Of a stretch of DNA of 64,000 nucleotides, positions 14,418 to 28,916 are shown in pieces. Made by a program: the position numbers and the translations under genes. The stretch lies in the NCBI GenBank assembly GCA_004022145.1, contig RCNU01000027.1; one strand, 5' to 3'. The stretch comes from Paecilomyces variotii (lineage: Eukaryota). The notes beneath the pieces were generated by a model. It was not told where the DNA came from and did no database searches. It worked only from the letters and a program-made list of their open reading frames with translations. Every line of letters starts with the position of its first letter. Position 1 is the stretch's first letter.

Positions 14418-17400
14418 GGGCATATACCTTAGCCTAGCCGGGGCTAAGCTTAGCCTACCCTAGGAGCTCAGCCTACTCTAGAGCTTATCCTTAGCTGAGT
14501 TAAGCTTAACCTACCTTATATACAGATTAAGTATAAGCTCAGCATAAGCTAATTGCATAATTAATATAAGATTAGCCTATCTAAGGATTAATAATAATAT
14601 TTATATAATAAAACTCTTTAGAATTTATAATATATATATATACAATAGCTAATATAAAACTAAATATTATTACTTTTTCCCTAAATACTTAAAAATAGCT
14701 AAGAATTAAATAACTATAACTAATAGCTAAGTTAATAATATTCTCAGTTAATAGCTGTATAATATTCCTATCTAAATATATTAATATAATTCCTATAAAG
14801 GCCTAGCAGATGCTAAATATATATTTAGTATTTATTATATTTAGACTAAACACTAACTTATTATAAAGCAAACTTATATAGAACTATAACCTTTATAAAA
14901 TATACTTAAACTAGTTTAAAGATATAATAAGTAATTAAAGCAGTATCTATTCTTATATAAAAAGTAAAGATAAAAAATTTAAGATATATTTTAAATTTCT
15001 TCTTTATATAGGACTTAATTAAATATATTCTTTTTATATAAGTTCTAGTAGGGTATATATTAAGCATATTTAAGAGGCTATTTCTTTTATAGGTATTATT
15101 ATTAACTATAATAATATCTTTAAGATTATAATTAATAATATTTAGGATAAATTATTTATTCCTAAATATCTAATAACTTATTTTAATAATATCTTATATT
15201 TTATCTATTAAAAGAATTCTTTACCTTATAATTATTTTAGTATAAATATCTATTAAATATTTTAATAACTTTTATTAAAGGTATATCTATACCTTATCTT
15301 AAGCAGATATTTAATATATTATAAGCATATACTAAGTATAGCTTAAATCTAGTTTAGGCTTTATACTTAAAGTAATTATAAGACCCTATCTCTCCTACTT
15401 TTTTAAAAAATAAAAAAGATAAAATTTAAAGCAAGATATATTATTAGGCATATAAATGCAGCAGTATTAAATATTATAAATATATATTAAAGCATATACT
15501 TAGACAATACTATAAATATAACTATATTAAACTAAATATCTTTAAAATACTTTATAAAGAAGTAGGCTATATATCTAATATTACTTTTACTAGTAAATTT
15601 CTTAAAAGAGAAACTAAAAATTAGTATAATAGATTTCTTTATTTTTAAAATTAATAATTAGCAGGGTATTATTTTTATCCAGAAAATAAAATATAAATAT
15701 ATTTAAATTAAACTCTAATAATCTTTAAATAGTATAAAATAAGTTTAACTCTATATTTAATCTCAGCATATACTAAATATATCTTTAGCCATTAATTACC
15801 TTTATTAATTGCCTATTAGCAAATAATTTTAAATTATAATATACTGCATAAGCTATCTCTATATATATAGCTTAAATTTATATACCTTATCTGCATACCT
15901 TAATAGCTTATAGGATATATAATACTAATACTTCTATTTAATCTACTTATATTTATATTAACTATACTACTTTAAAGTATATAACTTGTAATAAATATTT
16001 ACTCTATATATATTAGGCATATACTAACTATAAGTCTAGGATTTAACTACCCTTAAAATATATCTAAAGTCCTATATAAAGAATATAATATTTTAATTAA
16101 TATTTTTATTCCTTATAATTAGGATTATTTTCTTTTTATCCTTTTTATTTATTAAAAAGATTATATATATTTTCCTTTATTATTAACTAAATTAAGTTAA
16201 GATTTTACTTAAAAACTTATAGATTTAATTAATTAAAAAGATATTCTTATTATAACTATATATATATTATATATATCTTAAGCCTATATTCTATATATGC
16301 TGATTAGATATTTATAGATAAATTCTTAATATCTTCTAAAATATATATATTTAAGCAAAAATATTAAGGTTAAGCTTTAAATTTAATTAGAGCTTCTTTA
16401 AATATTAAGGATAAAATTGCTTATTTAATTTAAAAACAAAAACTTTTATAATACTTATTTAGTTTAGATATTGCTAGTTAGAATCTATTCTTACTATATA
16501 TTTTATATATACTAATACTATATAGGGGTTATATAAGAGTATAAGTTTAATTAATATAGAGAAAATAATAAATAATAAATTCACGCAGTTAATATTAGTA
16601 AAACTAAAGAATATATTATTATTTATTATATAAATGCTTAAGTAAAAATATTTATAAAAGCTAAATATCTTAAAATAGATTTAGCTTATAAGATAATACT
16701 TAAAAATATAAATATCTTTTTAATCTTAAGCTAGAATTCCGAAGTTAGATATATATTTAACTTCTCCTTATTATGCATTTAGCATATACTAACTTTATAT
16801 TAAAGATTAATACCTATTATTATGCTTTTATCTCTCTATAAACTTATTATATATATTTTTAAATATTTAAATTATTATTTCAAACATTATTATAAGCTAT
16901 ATGTTAATATATTTAATAGGCACATATTTTAAATAGAAAAGGGATATAGACTATTATTATAAATATATATAAGAAATAAGCACTTAATTAATATTATCTC
17001 AATAAATATAAAATATATACTAAGTATATTTAGGCTTTAATAATTATTTATATTCTATTTATTCTTCTCTTAACTAGTAAAAATATCTCAAGCATATACT
17101 TATCTTCTACTAAACATATATTAAACATAATTTTTATAAAAAGTTTAAAAAATCCTATCCCCTTATCTATTAACTAAAATATCTATAGGATCTATATTCT
17201 TACTAAAAAATCCTTTAAACTATATATTAATAGAGTAAGGAATATTTAAATACTAAAAAATAGCTTTAAAATAAAATAAAACTATAGATTCTTACTATAT
17301 TATTACAGGAAATATTAAAAATCCCTTTTAAATAATAGAGTTATACTTAAAAGTATACTAGATTATCTAAAAATAGTTACTTCTAAGATAATTATAATAT

Positions 17401-20400
17401 AGGGAGAAACCTATCTTTACTAAGGGCTATTTAACAATATATCTATATTTAATATATGCTTAATATCTATTTAGCATAGATTAAATACTAATAAGGCTAA
17501 TTTATATTTAGTCTATAATAATATATAGAAGATATTATTAAATATTAAGAGCTTTTTAGCTATAATATTAATAATATATAATAAAATTATAGTAATACTA
17601 TATAAATCTCCTAATAAATATAGAGAAATAGTAAGATAAAAGTTTAATATATCTTTAAATATATACTAAACATATCTTTTAAACTAATAAAATTAAAGAG
17701 CTGCTAATTATTAAATAAATTAATCTTATTTACTATTTAATCCTAATAATCCCTATAATATACCTTTAAATAATAATAATAATTAATCTTCTAATAAAGA
17801 TATTAATTTTAAAATTATTTTAATATCTTTATTTAAACCTTCTGCTAAATATATATTAGCTAAAAATAAAATATTTATAGAGTATATATTAAGCAGAAAT
17901 TAAGAAAGAGGTTAATCTAAAAATTCTAATTATTATTAAAGCTAGGTTTAATCTAGAATTAAATAAACTAAGCTAAGCTCTAAAAAATCAGACTTAGATT
18001 ATTATTCTTAATACAGATTAAATATAGAGTATATACTAAATAAAGGTTAAGGAAAGGGTTAATCTAGAGATTCTAGTTATTATTAAAGCTAGGTTTAATC
18101 TAAGATTAAGCAGACTAAGCTAAGCTCTAAAAAATTAGACTCAGATTATTATTCTTAATATAAATTAAATATAAAATATATATTAAATAGAGATTAAGAA
18201 AAAAATTAAAAAAAAGATTAACCTAAAGATTCTAGTTATTATTAGAGCTAGGTTTAATCTAGGATTAAATAGATTAAGCTAAGCTCTAAAGAATTAAACT
18301 CAAATTATATTTCTTAATATAGATTAAATATAGAGTATATACTAAACAGAGATTAAGAAAGGGGTTAATCTAAAGATTTTGGTTATTATTAAAGCTAGGT
18401 TTAATCTAAAACTAAATAGATTAAGCTAAGCTCTAAAAAATTAGACTTAGATTATTATTCTCAACACAGACTAAATATAAAATATATACTAAATAAAGGT
18501 TAAGAAAGGGATTAATTTAGAGATTTTAATTATTATTAAAGCCAGGTTTAATCTAGGATTAAATAAACTAAGCTAAGCTCTAAAAAATCAGACTTAGATT
18601 ATTATTCTTAATATAAATTAAGTATAGAGTATATATTAAATAGAGATTAAGAAAAAGATTAACCTAGAGGTTCTAGTTATTATTAGAGCCAGGTTTAATC
18701 TAAAACTAAGTAAACTAAGCTAAGCTCTAAAAAATCAGATTTAAATTATTATTTTTAACATAAATTAAGTATAGAGTATATATTAAATAAAGGTTAAGAA
18801 AGAGGTTAACCTAAAGATTCTAATTATATTTAAGGCCAGGTTTAATTTAATACTATCCTAATATTTAAAAGGGTTTAAATCCCTTTATTAAATTCAGATA
18901 GCTCTGCTAATTTTAATTTAAAGTATATATTAACTCTATATTTGGCATATATTATCTAGGAGTTAAATATAGATTCTAGATAGAATAGAGCTTATATATA
19001 CTATAATAGAGGACCCTTATTAAAAGAAATAATAAAGACTGATTTTACTATTTAATTAAGAGAAATAATAAAATAAAGGCAATAAGAATTTAAGTAAGAA
19101 AAAGAAGGATTATTATAGTAGTTTATATAATAAATATATATATCTATATAGCTATAGTTATATAATAAATATATATATATATTTCTTTTTCCCCTATAAT
19201 AAGAATAAATAAAAAAATAAAGAATATTATATTATAATTATTTAAAGATATAAAAAAATAATCTTTAAATATAAAAACTTAGTATTAAACTAAAGTTCAG
19301 TATTAATAATCTTTAAATATAAAAGCTTAGTATTAAACTAAAGTTTAATATTAAGCATATATTTAAAGGAGAGTTAAGCTTAAATATCTATATATTTAAG
19401 GCCTCTAAAAACTTATTCTTAAAAGAGAAGATTATAACTTATAAATATAAATTTAATATATACTCTATATATAAAAGAGAAAAACTTATTAATAGACTTA
19501 GTATTATAATTATTAATATTATAAGAATATCTATAATTATAATTATAAGTATAGTTATACTCTAATTTAATTAGTATTTCCTTATTAATAATATATTTAT
19601 TTATATATTTATTATAAGATATAGACTATCTGCACTTTAATAGAGTTAAGGTAAAACCTATATTATAATCTAGTTCAGTATATATATAAAATAAATTAAA
19701 AGGCTATTTATTATTACTTTTATTATTATTATCTTATAATAATAAAATATTTCTAATCTATATAAGGTTAGTATATATATAATATAAACAGGGGTATATT
19801 TATTATATGCTTATAAGATAAGATTAATAAAAATATAGGATACTAGAATAAAGGCCAAGATTAGTTAAAATTAATATTAGGCATATATTAAATATATCTA
19901 AAAAGCCTATTAAAAGTTATAAATTATATATAAATAATAATATAAATAGCAATATAAATAGTAAAGAAGATAGTATATAGATTCTATTTATATATTAATA
20001 TATATTAAACTTACTCTCTAATAAAACTAGCTCCTATAGCTATTTTTAAACTTATTATTAGCGCAAGCTATTTCTTTATAAGATATAATAATACCCTTAA
20101 TTAGCATACTTCCTATATTAAAAGAAATATTAACTTAATATAAGCTCTATATATACTTAAAACTTACTATAATTTATAAATAAAATTAGTATCTTACTAC
20201 TTATTAAGTAAAATATATTTAATTAGCGCATTATATATTATTAATATAGCTTTAATATATATAAAATAGATCTTAAACTTATTATAGCCTAATTATCTTT
20301 TTATCTATAGTTATATTATTAGTCTTTATACTATAATTTAATATTATAGTAGATTAGTATATATTTAATATATATTAAAAATAATAATATACTCGCCCCC

Positions 20401-21399
20401 GGGTATATAGTCCTTATATAGTATTATAACTTTAACTATTAATATATTATATATATATAGAATTTATATTAGACTTATAGCGGGCTATAAATTAATAACC
20501 TTATTATATATAAGTAGGCTATTTATATTTACTTATACCTAGCAACTATAGAAGCTTAATATATATTTAATTAATTTTAAAAAAAAAGACTTATATATTC
20601 TTATTTATGCTTAAGATAGAAGATTTAAGAATTAATATATAAATATTTTCCTTAGCGATAATTATAGGCACTATCTATATTTAGCGCGCTTTTAGTATAT
20701 GCGCAATATCTATTTATTAGATTTTTTATTTTCCTGCTTAGCTATAATATATAAATCTAAGATTTATATTAGATTTGGGTTAAGAACTAGGCCTATTTTT
20801 ATTTAATATATATTTAATATTAAGCAGAGATATACTTATCATAGTAATACCCATAGTTCATTAAATTACCTGCTAATAAAACTATATTATAAGTAAAAAA
20901 TTCTTTTAAATACAGCGGTATTTTTATAGTTATATAATAATAATATAAGAGAATAGACTATAATACTATAAAGACAGGGCGAAGGCATTATTAGGGAGGT
21001 TAAAAATAATATAAATAATATAAAATTTTGTGCGATAGGATTTTAATATTGCTTTAATATATACTTAATAACTGCCTTTATATATACCGCCTTAATAAAC
21101 TGCGCAGAATAATATTAATTCTAGCTCCCTATATATCCTAGCATTACTTTAACCTATACTCAATATATGCTATAATATAATATAGAGCATATGCTATATA
21201 TAGTTCCTAATAAATATAGTTTACTATAATATAATATAAAAACTTTATTATAAGTTATATAAGCTATATATATGCTAAGCCCACCTAAATACTATATTAA
21301 AACTAACTTAGTATCTAAGCTAAACCTAGATTTTTCTTAAGTAGGCTAAGCTTTTTAGGTAGGCTAAGCTTAGCCCCGGCTGGGCCGAGCTATATCCCG
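14418..21399. mobile_element. ~7-kb TIR DNA transposon with 10-bp TSD, superfamily unresolved (Mutator-like or AcademH-like on TSD length)
   Basis: Left end GGGCATATACCTTAGCCTAGCCGGGGCTAAGCTTAGCCTACC; reverse complement of right end CGGGATATAGCTCGGCCCAGCCGGGGCTAAGCTTAGCCTACC. TSD ATAAACTCCT at 14408-14417 and 21400-21409. The host gypsy sequence resumes exactly after the TSD. Confidence 0.88.
17870..18847. repeat. Tandem array, 147-bp unit, ~6.6 copies
   Basis: An anchor motif recurs at 17876, 18023, 18170, 18329, 18476, 18623 and 18770 (spacings 147, 147, 159, 147, 147, 147). Units differ mainly by transitions. Confidence 0.93.
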
Positions 21400-22884
21400 A
21401 TAAACTCCTTTATATAATTAATACTAATAATATATAATATCTCTATATATTATAGTTAATTCTTAAAGATATTCTTAAATAGCTTATAATAATATAAGAT
21501 ACTTTAGGTATTATTAAATAATTGCTAATATTTATAATTTTATAATCTATAGATTTATAAAGTAAATTAAAGTATATATTAAGTATTATTATTTATACTA
21601 AATAGATTAAATATATTATTATATACTTTATAATAGCTATTAGCTTATTCTTATATTAAATATTCTTTTTTATATAATTATTATAGACTTTATTATAAGA
21701 TTACTAGATATAAAATTATATAATTAAATCTTAAGTTATATTTATATTAGGGTAAAATATATAGATAGCTAAAAACTAGGCTTTAATATTATTTAAATAA
21801 CTCTAGATTAATAATTTAGGTATTTTATTAATAATCTTATTAGATTATAATTTAAAGTTTTTATTAAATCTATAAAAAGACTTTAAATATTTTAATATTA
21901 AATTACTATATTAATATATTATCTATAAATAAATAAATAATTAGAATAAATAAATTAAATAGCTAAGATTACTCTATAATATTACTTAACTGCTTTAAAA
22001 GATATTATAACTTAGCTTAAGATTTTATTATTAATATAATTAGTATTAAATTTTAGTTTATTATCTATTATAATAAGATTCTTATATAATTTAATATATA
22101 GTACTTAATTAAGTAACGCTATAAATCTTTATAATAGGGAAATTTAAAACTTTATCTTATAATTTAATATATATAAAATACTTCGCTTAACTGCTATAAA
22201 TATTAAATATATATATATAATAAAATTTATTAGTTAATTTATTTTACTCTTAATAATAAAATCTTACTAGTTATATTATAAATATTATATAATATCTTTA
22301 ATATAACTATTCTTAAAAAGAAGTTATTAATATAATATATAAGACCGCTTATAATTAAGTATAAGATTAAATATCTTATATACTAGTTAGATATTCTAGC
22401 TTATTAAAAATACTATAATATCTTTTCTATTACTTATTTAAGGCTATATTATATAAATAATTCTTTTAAATATCTTATACCCTTTAATAATATTTTACTG
22501 CTATATATTAATATAAAGAATACTAATATTATTTATTATAAGATTAAAATACTATTTAACTATTATATCTAGTAAGTTTAAGATAAGATTATTATTAAGT
22601 ATTTAATCTATTAAAAGAAATATAATACTTATTATAATATATAATATTATCTTAAGAACTTAGCTAATACTTAAGAATTTATCTAAAAATATAATTAATA
22701 TCTTAAACTACTAGCTAAATTATAGAAGTATAAATAACCCTATAAATAATATTAATTATTATAAACTAAGTATAAGAGAAAATAAACTATAAGAATATTT
22801 ACTTATATCTTATACTATATCTATATATATATTTCTATACTCTATTATTAAGGATAATAATATTTTTTCTTAAAGGAGGTATAC

Positions 22885-23045
22885 TAATATAAATACAGGT
22901 ATATAATACTATTCTAGTATCGCCTGCTTACTATCTTAATAAAGTATAAAGATATAAGATATAGGAGTCTTAGGCTAATAACTTAGCTATATAGTTACTT
23001 CCTTATATAGCTAATAGAAGAATAACTTCTTTATCTCCTATACTA
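22885..23045 (+). repeat. 3' LTR of gypsy copy A (last few bases missing or replaced)
   Basis: Reverse complement of 5413-5578 and preceded by a PPT. Confidence 0.85.
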
Positions 23046-26000
23046 TGTTAATAGCTATAAAAGCTCTTAATTATAATATATTATTAAATAGATAAGTTAT
23101 AATAATTTAATTAAAGAATCTATATATTATTTATAATATACTTAAGAGATTATTATAAATTTCTATTATTATTACTTAAATAAACTAAAGCTAGAAAATA
23201 GTCTTAATAAAGCTTAATCTTAAAAAGAAAAGTATTATTATAGTACTAGTATAAGAAATAAATTGCTTAAAGAGATTTACTAGCTAATACTTATATAAGA
23301 TATTATATAACCTTATAAAAATATCTTTAATATATAGCTTAATCTAAATTTAAGCTTTTTAAGCTATATTTTATTTACTAAGCTTACCTATAATAGCTTA
23401 TTCTAGTTTAAATTAGCTAAATAGAGATTCTATAGCTAATCTATACCTTAATAATAAGAATTATTAATAAAGGCTTAGAATAAAGTTAATCTTATTAGCG
23501 TAATATAATACTATAAATTTTTAATAAATGTTTAATAAGCCTTTATAAATAGTTTAAAGACTTTTTATTTTCTTAAAGATTAAAATATAACTATAAATAA
23601 ATAAGACTATATTTAAAACTATAGGCTTACTATTAGTATTTAAAGGTTAATATATTAGCTTAATTTAACCTCTATAGCTTATATAAGAATAATATAAATT
23701 TTAATAATCTCTTAATTCTTATTTTCTTTAACTTTACTTTCTAAGAGATTTCTTCCTTATATAAAATTATTATATAGGAATAGGATTATAATAATAGCAT
23801 ATTATTTTAATATAAAAAGATACTTAATTATAAGAGATTAATTAATAATATTCTTTTTAATAGAATATATATATAGATTTAAGAGAATAAAGAGATAAAT
23901 AATAGATAATACTATATAAATATTAAATAAATAGTCGCGAGATTATAGTAAATATAAAGAAATAGCTTATAAGAAAAGTAGTAATATAATAAAATAAAGA
24001 ATAATAAAATCCCTAGTAATAATATAGCTGCTTATATATAGTTAGCTTATAGAAGCATAATATAGAAATTAAATATATAATTAAGATAGATAAAATACTA
24101 TAATTTTATAGAGAAATATATACTTATTAAACTATTAAAGCTATAAAAATATAAAAGACTATATATATTCTTATTATTTACCTAATTGCCTAATAAATTT
24201 ACTAATATAATTAAAGAGATATTCCTAGAATATTAGCTAAGAGGCTTAAATATAATATAAAGAAATTAAAGATAATATTAATAAGCGCTAAATTTCTAGC
24301 TTAATATTTAGCTTTAACTATTAATAAGACTTAAAATATAATAAGAAAGGTATTTATTACGCTATAGCTTAGATAAAAAAAGAGTATTTACTCTTATTTA
24401 AGAGCTAAGAAAATAATAATAGCTAAATATATAAAGATATATAAGATATTTTAAGATTAATTAAAAATAGAACTAGTTAAACTTATTAAATAAAGTATAA
24501 CTTAAAATAATATAAGATATAAGAAACTATTACCTATAGTAATACTATAGATATTAATTACTTTTATAATTAAAGAATAAGATATAATAATAGCTAAATA
24601 AGAATATTAAATAGAAAAGAAAATAGCAGGATATAAATATTTATAAATAATACTAGCCGTTTAAAAATAACTAGAGAGCTTAAAGGTATAATATAATAAA
24701 TACGCCTTCTCTATTAAAGATATATTAATATCTTATTAATTATAATAGTTTAATATTTACTTCTATTTAAGGTATATATATTAGTAGTTAAAGGTATAAA
24801 TATAATACTTAATTGCATATAAGATTAAACTATAGTATTTTAAACTAAGACTTTAATTTTTAAATTAAAGAGTTAACTAAGATTTATAATACTATTAAAA
24901 ATTACCCTATATTAAAATATTAATAAAAATATAAATATAGAAAAGGATTATTTAAGAAAGGCTATAAATATAGTATAGAATATAATTCTAATATTTATAT
25001 AGCCCTTTATCTATAATAAAATAGTTAGACTTTTATTTTTATTCTAGTTCTTAATCTCTCTTATTCTTAGAATTAATATATTCTTTTAATATTAAACTAG
25101 CTGCTAATAACTAATAATATTAAGATTTTTTATATTTAATCTCTATAAAGATAATACCTAGGGATATTAATAAGATATGCTTATAACTATATATATATAA
25201 GAATAAAACTTAGCAGAATTAATTAAGTTCCCCTATTTCTTAAGATATTATTATTTTTATTCTTAAATATTTAACTATATAAATTTTATATAGTAGTCTT
25301 ATAGTAATTACTATATAATAATAAACTAAGAAAAAGTAGAATTTATATAATATAATAGTTATATCTAATTTATAGACTAATTAAATTAATAGTATTTATT
25401 AATAAAGCTCTTATATTCTATATTATATTTCTCTCTTATTATTTACTATAACCTTTATAATTAGTTAATATTTATTAAAACTTATATAATTATACTAGTA
25501 TAAATAGTAATAATTAAGTTAAGTAATAAACTCTCTTATTTTAATAAATTAATTATAGTATTATAATATACTTATATAATTATCTTATTTTAGCTTATAG
25601 TCTAAGATTATTTTTTTAGTCTATAGGCTATATAGCTACTTATAGGTTAAATCGGCTAAGATAATATAAGAAGTATAATTAAATTAGATAATTATACTAT
25701 AATTAGTTTAAAGGAAGTTTTAAATAAAGGCCCGCCTTATAATTATACAGTATATTTAATATATAGGCATAATATAATAATCTGCTTAATTATATATTAT
25801 AGAATTTATTTTAAAAGAGAAATATATTTATAGTTATTAAGAAAGAATTTATATTATTATAGCTTAAGATTATATATTATAAAAAATAAAGCTTTTTATT
25901 TTAATATTTAAAATAAAGGAAATTAGCAATTAATTATCTAGTAATATATATATAAAGAAAAATAAAAGGTTTATAAGAGGCTATTTATATCCCTTTAACT

Positions 26001-26300
26001 AAGCAGATTATTATTAGTATTTATTTTAATACTACTAAAAGTTAATAATAGCCTTTACTATTACTTATTATATATTAATCTAATATTATTTAACTATAAA
26101 AATAATAGATATAATTTATTATTAAGCTAAAATAAAGGCTATTAATTAATAAAAGATATTAAGTAATTAAATTAAATAGCTATAAAAAAGAATAAAAGCG
26201 CTAAAATAAGCATTTATAATATAATTAATAAATATATCTAGTAAAAGATTATTTAATTAAAAACAATTATTCTTAAATAAGAAGTAAATAATTTTAGTAA
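23046..26300 (+). other. Unassigned RIP-degraded coding-like relic with intron-like segments (probably transposon-derived)
   Basis: Codon-like texture and GT..AG/branch-like segments (e.g. ~24718-24784); no diagnostic motif recognised. Confidence 0.25.
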
Positions 26301-26308
26301 TTTAATAA

Positions 26309-26310
<2 letters not shown>

Positions 26311-26349
<39 letters not shown>
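26311..26349. repeat. (TA)n microsatellite, ~19 units
   Basis: Uninterrupted TA run visible in the sequence. Confidence 0.95.
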
Positions 26350-26351
<2 letters not shown>

Positions 26352-28261
26352 TTAGAGCTATATTCTATAGATAAATTAATAATGCATTAGGTCTAATAAT
26401 ACTTATAAACTGCTACTATCGCTAACTATAATAAACCTTATTACTTAGTTTATTTTTAAATATCTATTTATTAATACTAATATCCTTATATTTATTAAGG
26501 TAAAATATCTCTAATATTAAGTCGCGTATAATAATTAATATACTTTATCTTATATAGCTTTTATATAATTTACTTAATCTATTCCTTTCTTTAAATTCTA
26601 AGATAAATTACTTAAGAGAAAGATAGAATATAATCTGCGCTATATAGCGAGCTATTAAAATATATTTAGTATTATTATTAAATATATATTGCTTTAAATA
26701 AAAGTAAGTCTATAAATAGTAGAGATAAAATATCTTAATATTTAGTATAATTTAGACTTTAACTATTTAAATAATTAAAGATCTTAATTACTTTATTAAA
26801 AATAAGGTAATCTTTATAATATTAAATATTATTAAGCTTTAATTAAGATTAAGAGAATAAGTTTTACTTTATTAGAGCTAATAGTAACTAGTATATAAAG
26901 ACTTAGTTAAATATAAGCAATATATTAATTACTATTATTTTTATAGCCTTTAGCTATAGTTAGCTTTAGCGTAATAGTATATATTCTAGGGATTATTAAT
27001 ATTATATATAAGATTTCTTAAAATAAATTAAGGTAATTCTTTAAAAAAAGCTAATAATTTAATTAACTTTCTTATTCTTATTAATATTCTAATAAAAACA
27101 GATAATTAATCTCTATAGAACTAAAATTAGATCTCTCTTTTTTCTTTAAGGAGAAAGCTAATAAGCTATTTCTATAATCTAATATATTAAGGTTTAATTA
27201 ATTCCCCTAGTTTAATAACTTAATAGCCCTTCTTAATAGTCTTAATAGTCTTAATATTATCTTTATTTTTAATTACTATAAGAAAGGGCTTAATAAAAAG
27301 TATAATATTTACTCTATTTATACTTAATAGAGAAGTATTAAAATCTATATAAGAAGGTTTATAAATTAGCAATTACTTAAGTATAAAGAATTTATAAAGG
27401 TATAAACTAGTAAGTAAAGATTAATTAAGTACTTATTATATATTTTATAACTATAAGTAATAATTAAATTCTAGGAGTAATCTAGGTTATTATAAGATTA
27501 ACTTAATTCTGCTATTATTTAAACTTAATAGTAGATAATAAGAAGTCTTTTTTAATAGATTTCTTTTATTAATTTAATAGCTCTTTAATAGCTTAAAGCT
27601 AAAAATATAGTAAAGATAAAGTAAAACTATAAGTAAACTTATAATATTATTAATTAATAATATTATTTCCTATAAAGATAAACTCGCCTATATATTTTCT
27701 ACTAATAAATAAAGAAAAGCAATATTTTTAATATTACTTTTAAGTTTCTTATACTACTAAATATTAATAAAAGAAATAAGTAATTTAGTATTTTAACTTA
27801 TTAAAGTAAGCAATATATAAAATATATTAAGAGAAGAAAATCTATAAAGATTTATTATTAGAATTAAAAATAATAAAAAGCTATATTAAAATAAATAAGA
27901 CCTCTATAAAAAGTAATAAGAGGGAATTTTTAATATAACCTAGAGTTTTAAACTATTAGCTTAGATAAACTAGTAGCTTAGCTATTAAGCTTTACTAGTC
28001 TAAGTATCTCCTTTTAGTCGATTTTAAAGCTAAAGTGCGATATTCAGTTAATTTAACTACTTAAATATAGCGGTATTCTTAAGTAATTATTTATATATAG
28101 CTCTAGTAAATTTACCTATATTATAGTAATATTCTAATATTTTTTTAATAGTAGTAGCTTCTTTTTTAGTAATAGCTTTCTGCTAGTATATTATTATTTT
28201 ATTTATATAATATTACTTCTTCGCGCGAAGCTTTAACCTCTATCTCTAGTAAATAAGCCGA

Positions 28262-28915
28262 CCTTAGTAACCGAGCTAGAAAATATTACCTTTTAGAATA
28301 ATTACCTAATCTTAATAAATATAAGTCTAAAATTTATAATATAAGAAATTATAGCCTTAGAAAATATTATATTAAAATATAAGCTTAGTTAATTAAAGAT
28401 TATAATAAACTTTCTTAATTTAAATTAATATTATAATAAAATTTAAATCTTAAATTTTATATAAAGATATATTTTAATAAAAATTTCCTATTAAATATAT
28501 TAAAAAAATAAAAAATAAAAAATTTAAATAATATCTATATTTTTTTAAAAATTATATAATATATTATATAAGCTAAGCTTTTAATATATAATAATATAGA
28601 GCTTAAATTATTATATATATTTTTAGAAAATTTTTTAATATATAAATATATAGTTATTTAGGCTTAAAACTTATTATAATAGAAAAAGCGTAATTTAAGT
28701 TTAATATTATTAAAATTTAATTAATTTATAAGTTATTAATATTTTAAATTAAATATAATAAAATTTATATATTAAAATATATTATATTAAAATAGATTAT
28801 ATTAAATTTTTATCTGAAATTACTTAAGTTATATAGAGTTATAAGATAATTATATTAATATATTTCTATATAAAGTTTTTAGCTCAGTTAATAGAGTTAG
28901 CTCGTTTACTGAGGG
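28262..28915. mobile_element. Possible short inverted-repeat-bounded, extremely AT-rich insertion
   Basis: CCTTAGTAACCGAGCTA at 28262 matches the reverse complement of TAGCTCGTTTACTGAGGG ending at 28915. No TSD seen. Confidence 0.4.
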
Positions 28916-28916
28916 T

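Larger units (their letters stand above)
3824..23045 (+). mobile_element. Ty3/gypsy chromovirus copy A (RT, RNase H, integrase, chromodomain, 3' LTR), 5'-truncated, split by inserts at 5413-13953 and 14418-21399
   Basis: RT YIDD-like motif at ~4557-4570. The RNase H frame (NLRLV..SQY.QRFNL..HKPG) is continuous across the 5413-13953 insert. Integrase and chromodomain lie at 21400-22770. PPT aaaggagg (~22872-22879) precedes an LTR starting at 22885 that is the reverse complement of the LTRs of copy B. Confidence 0.85.

Noticed and set aside
17870-18847. Possible CRISPR-like array
   Set aside because: Units repeat over their full length with no unique spacers, and the context is eukaryotic.
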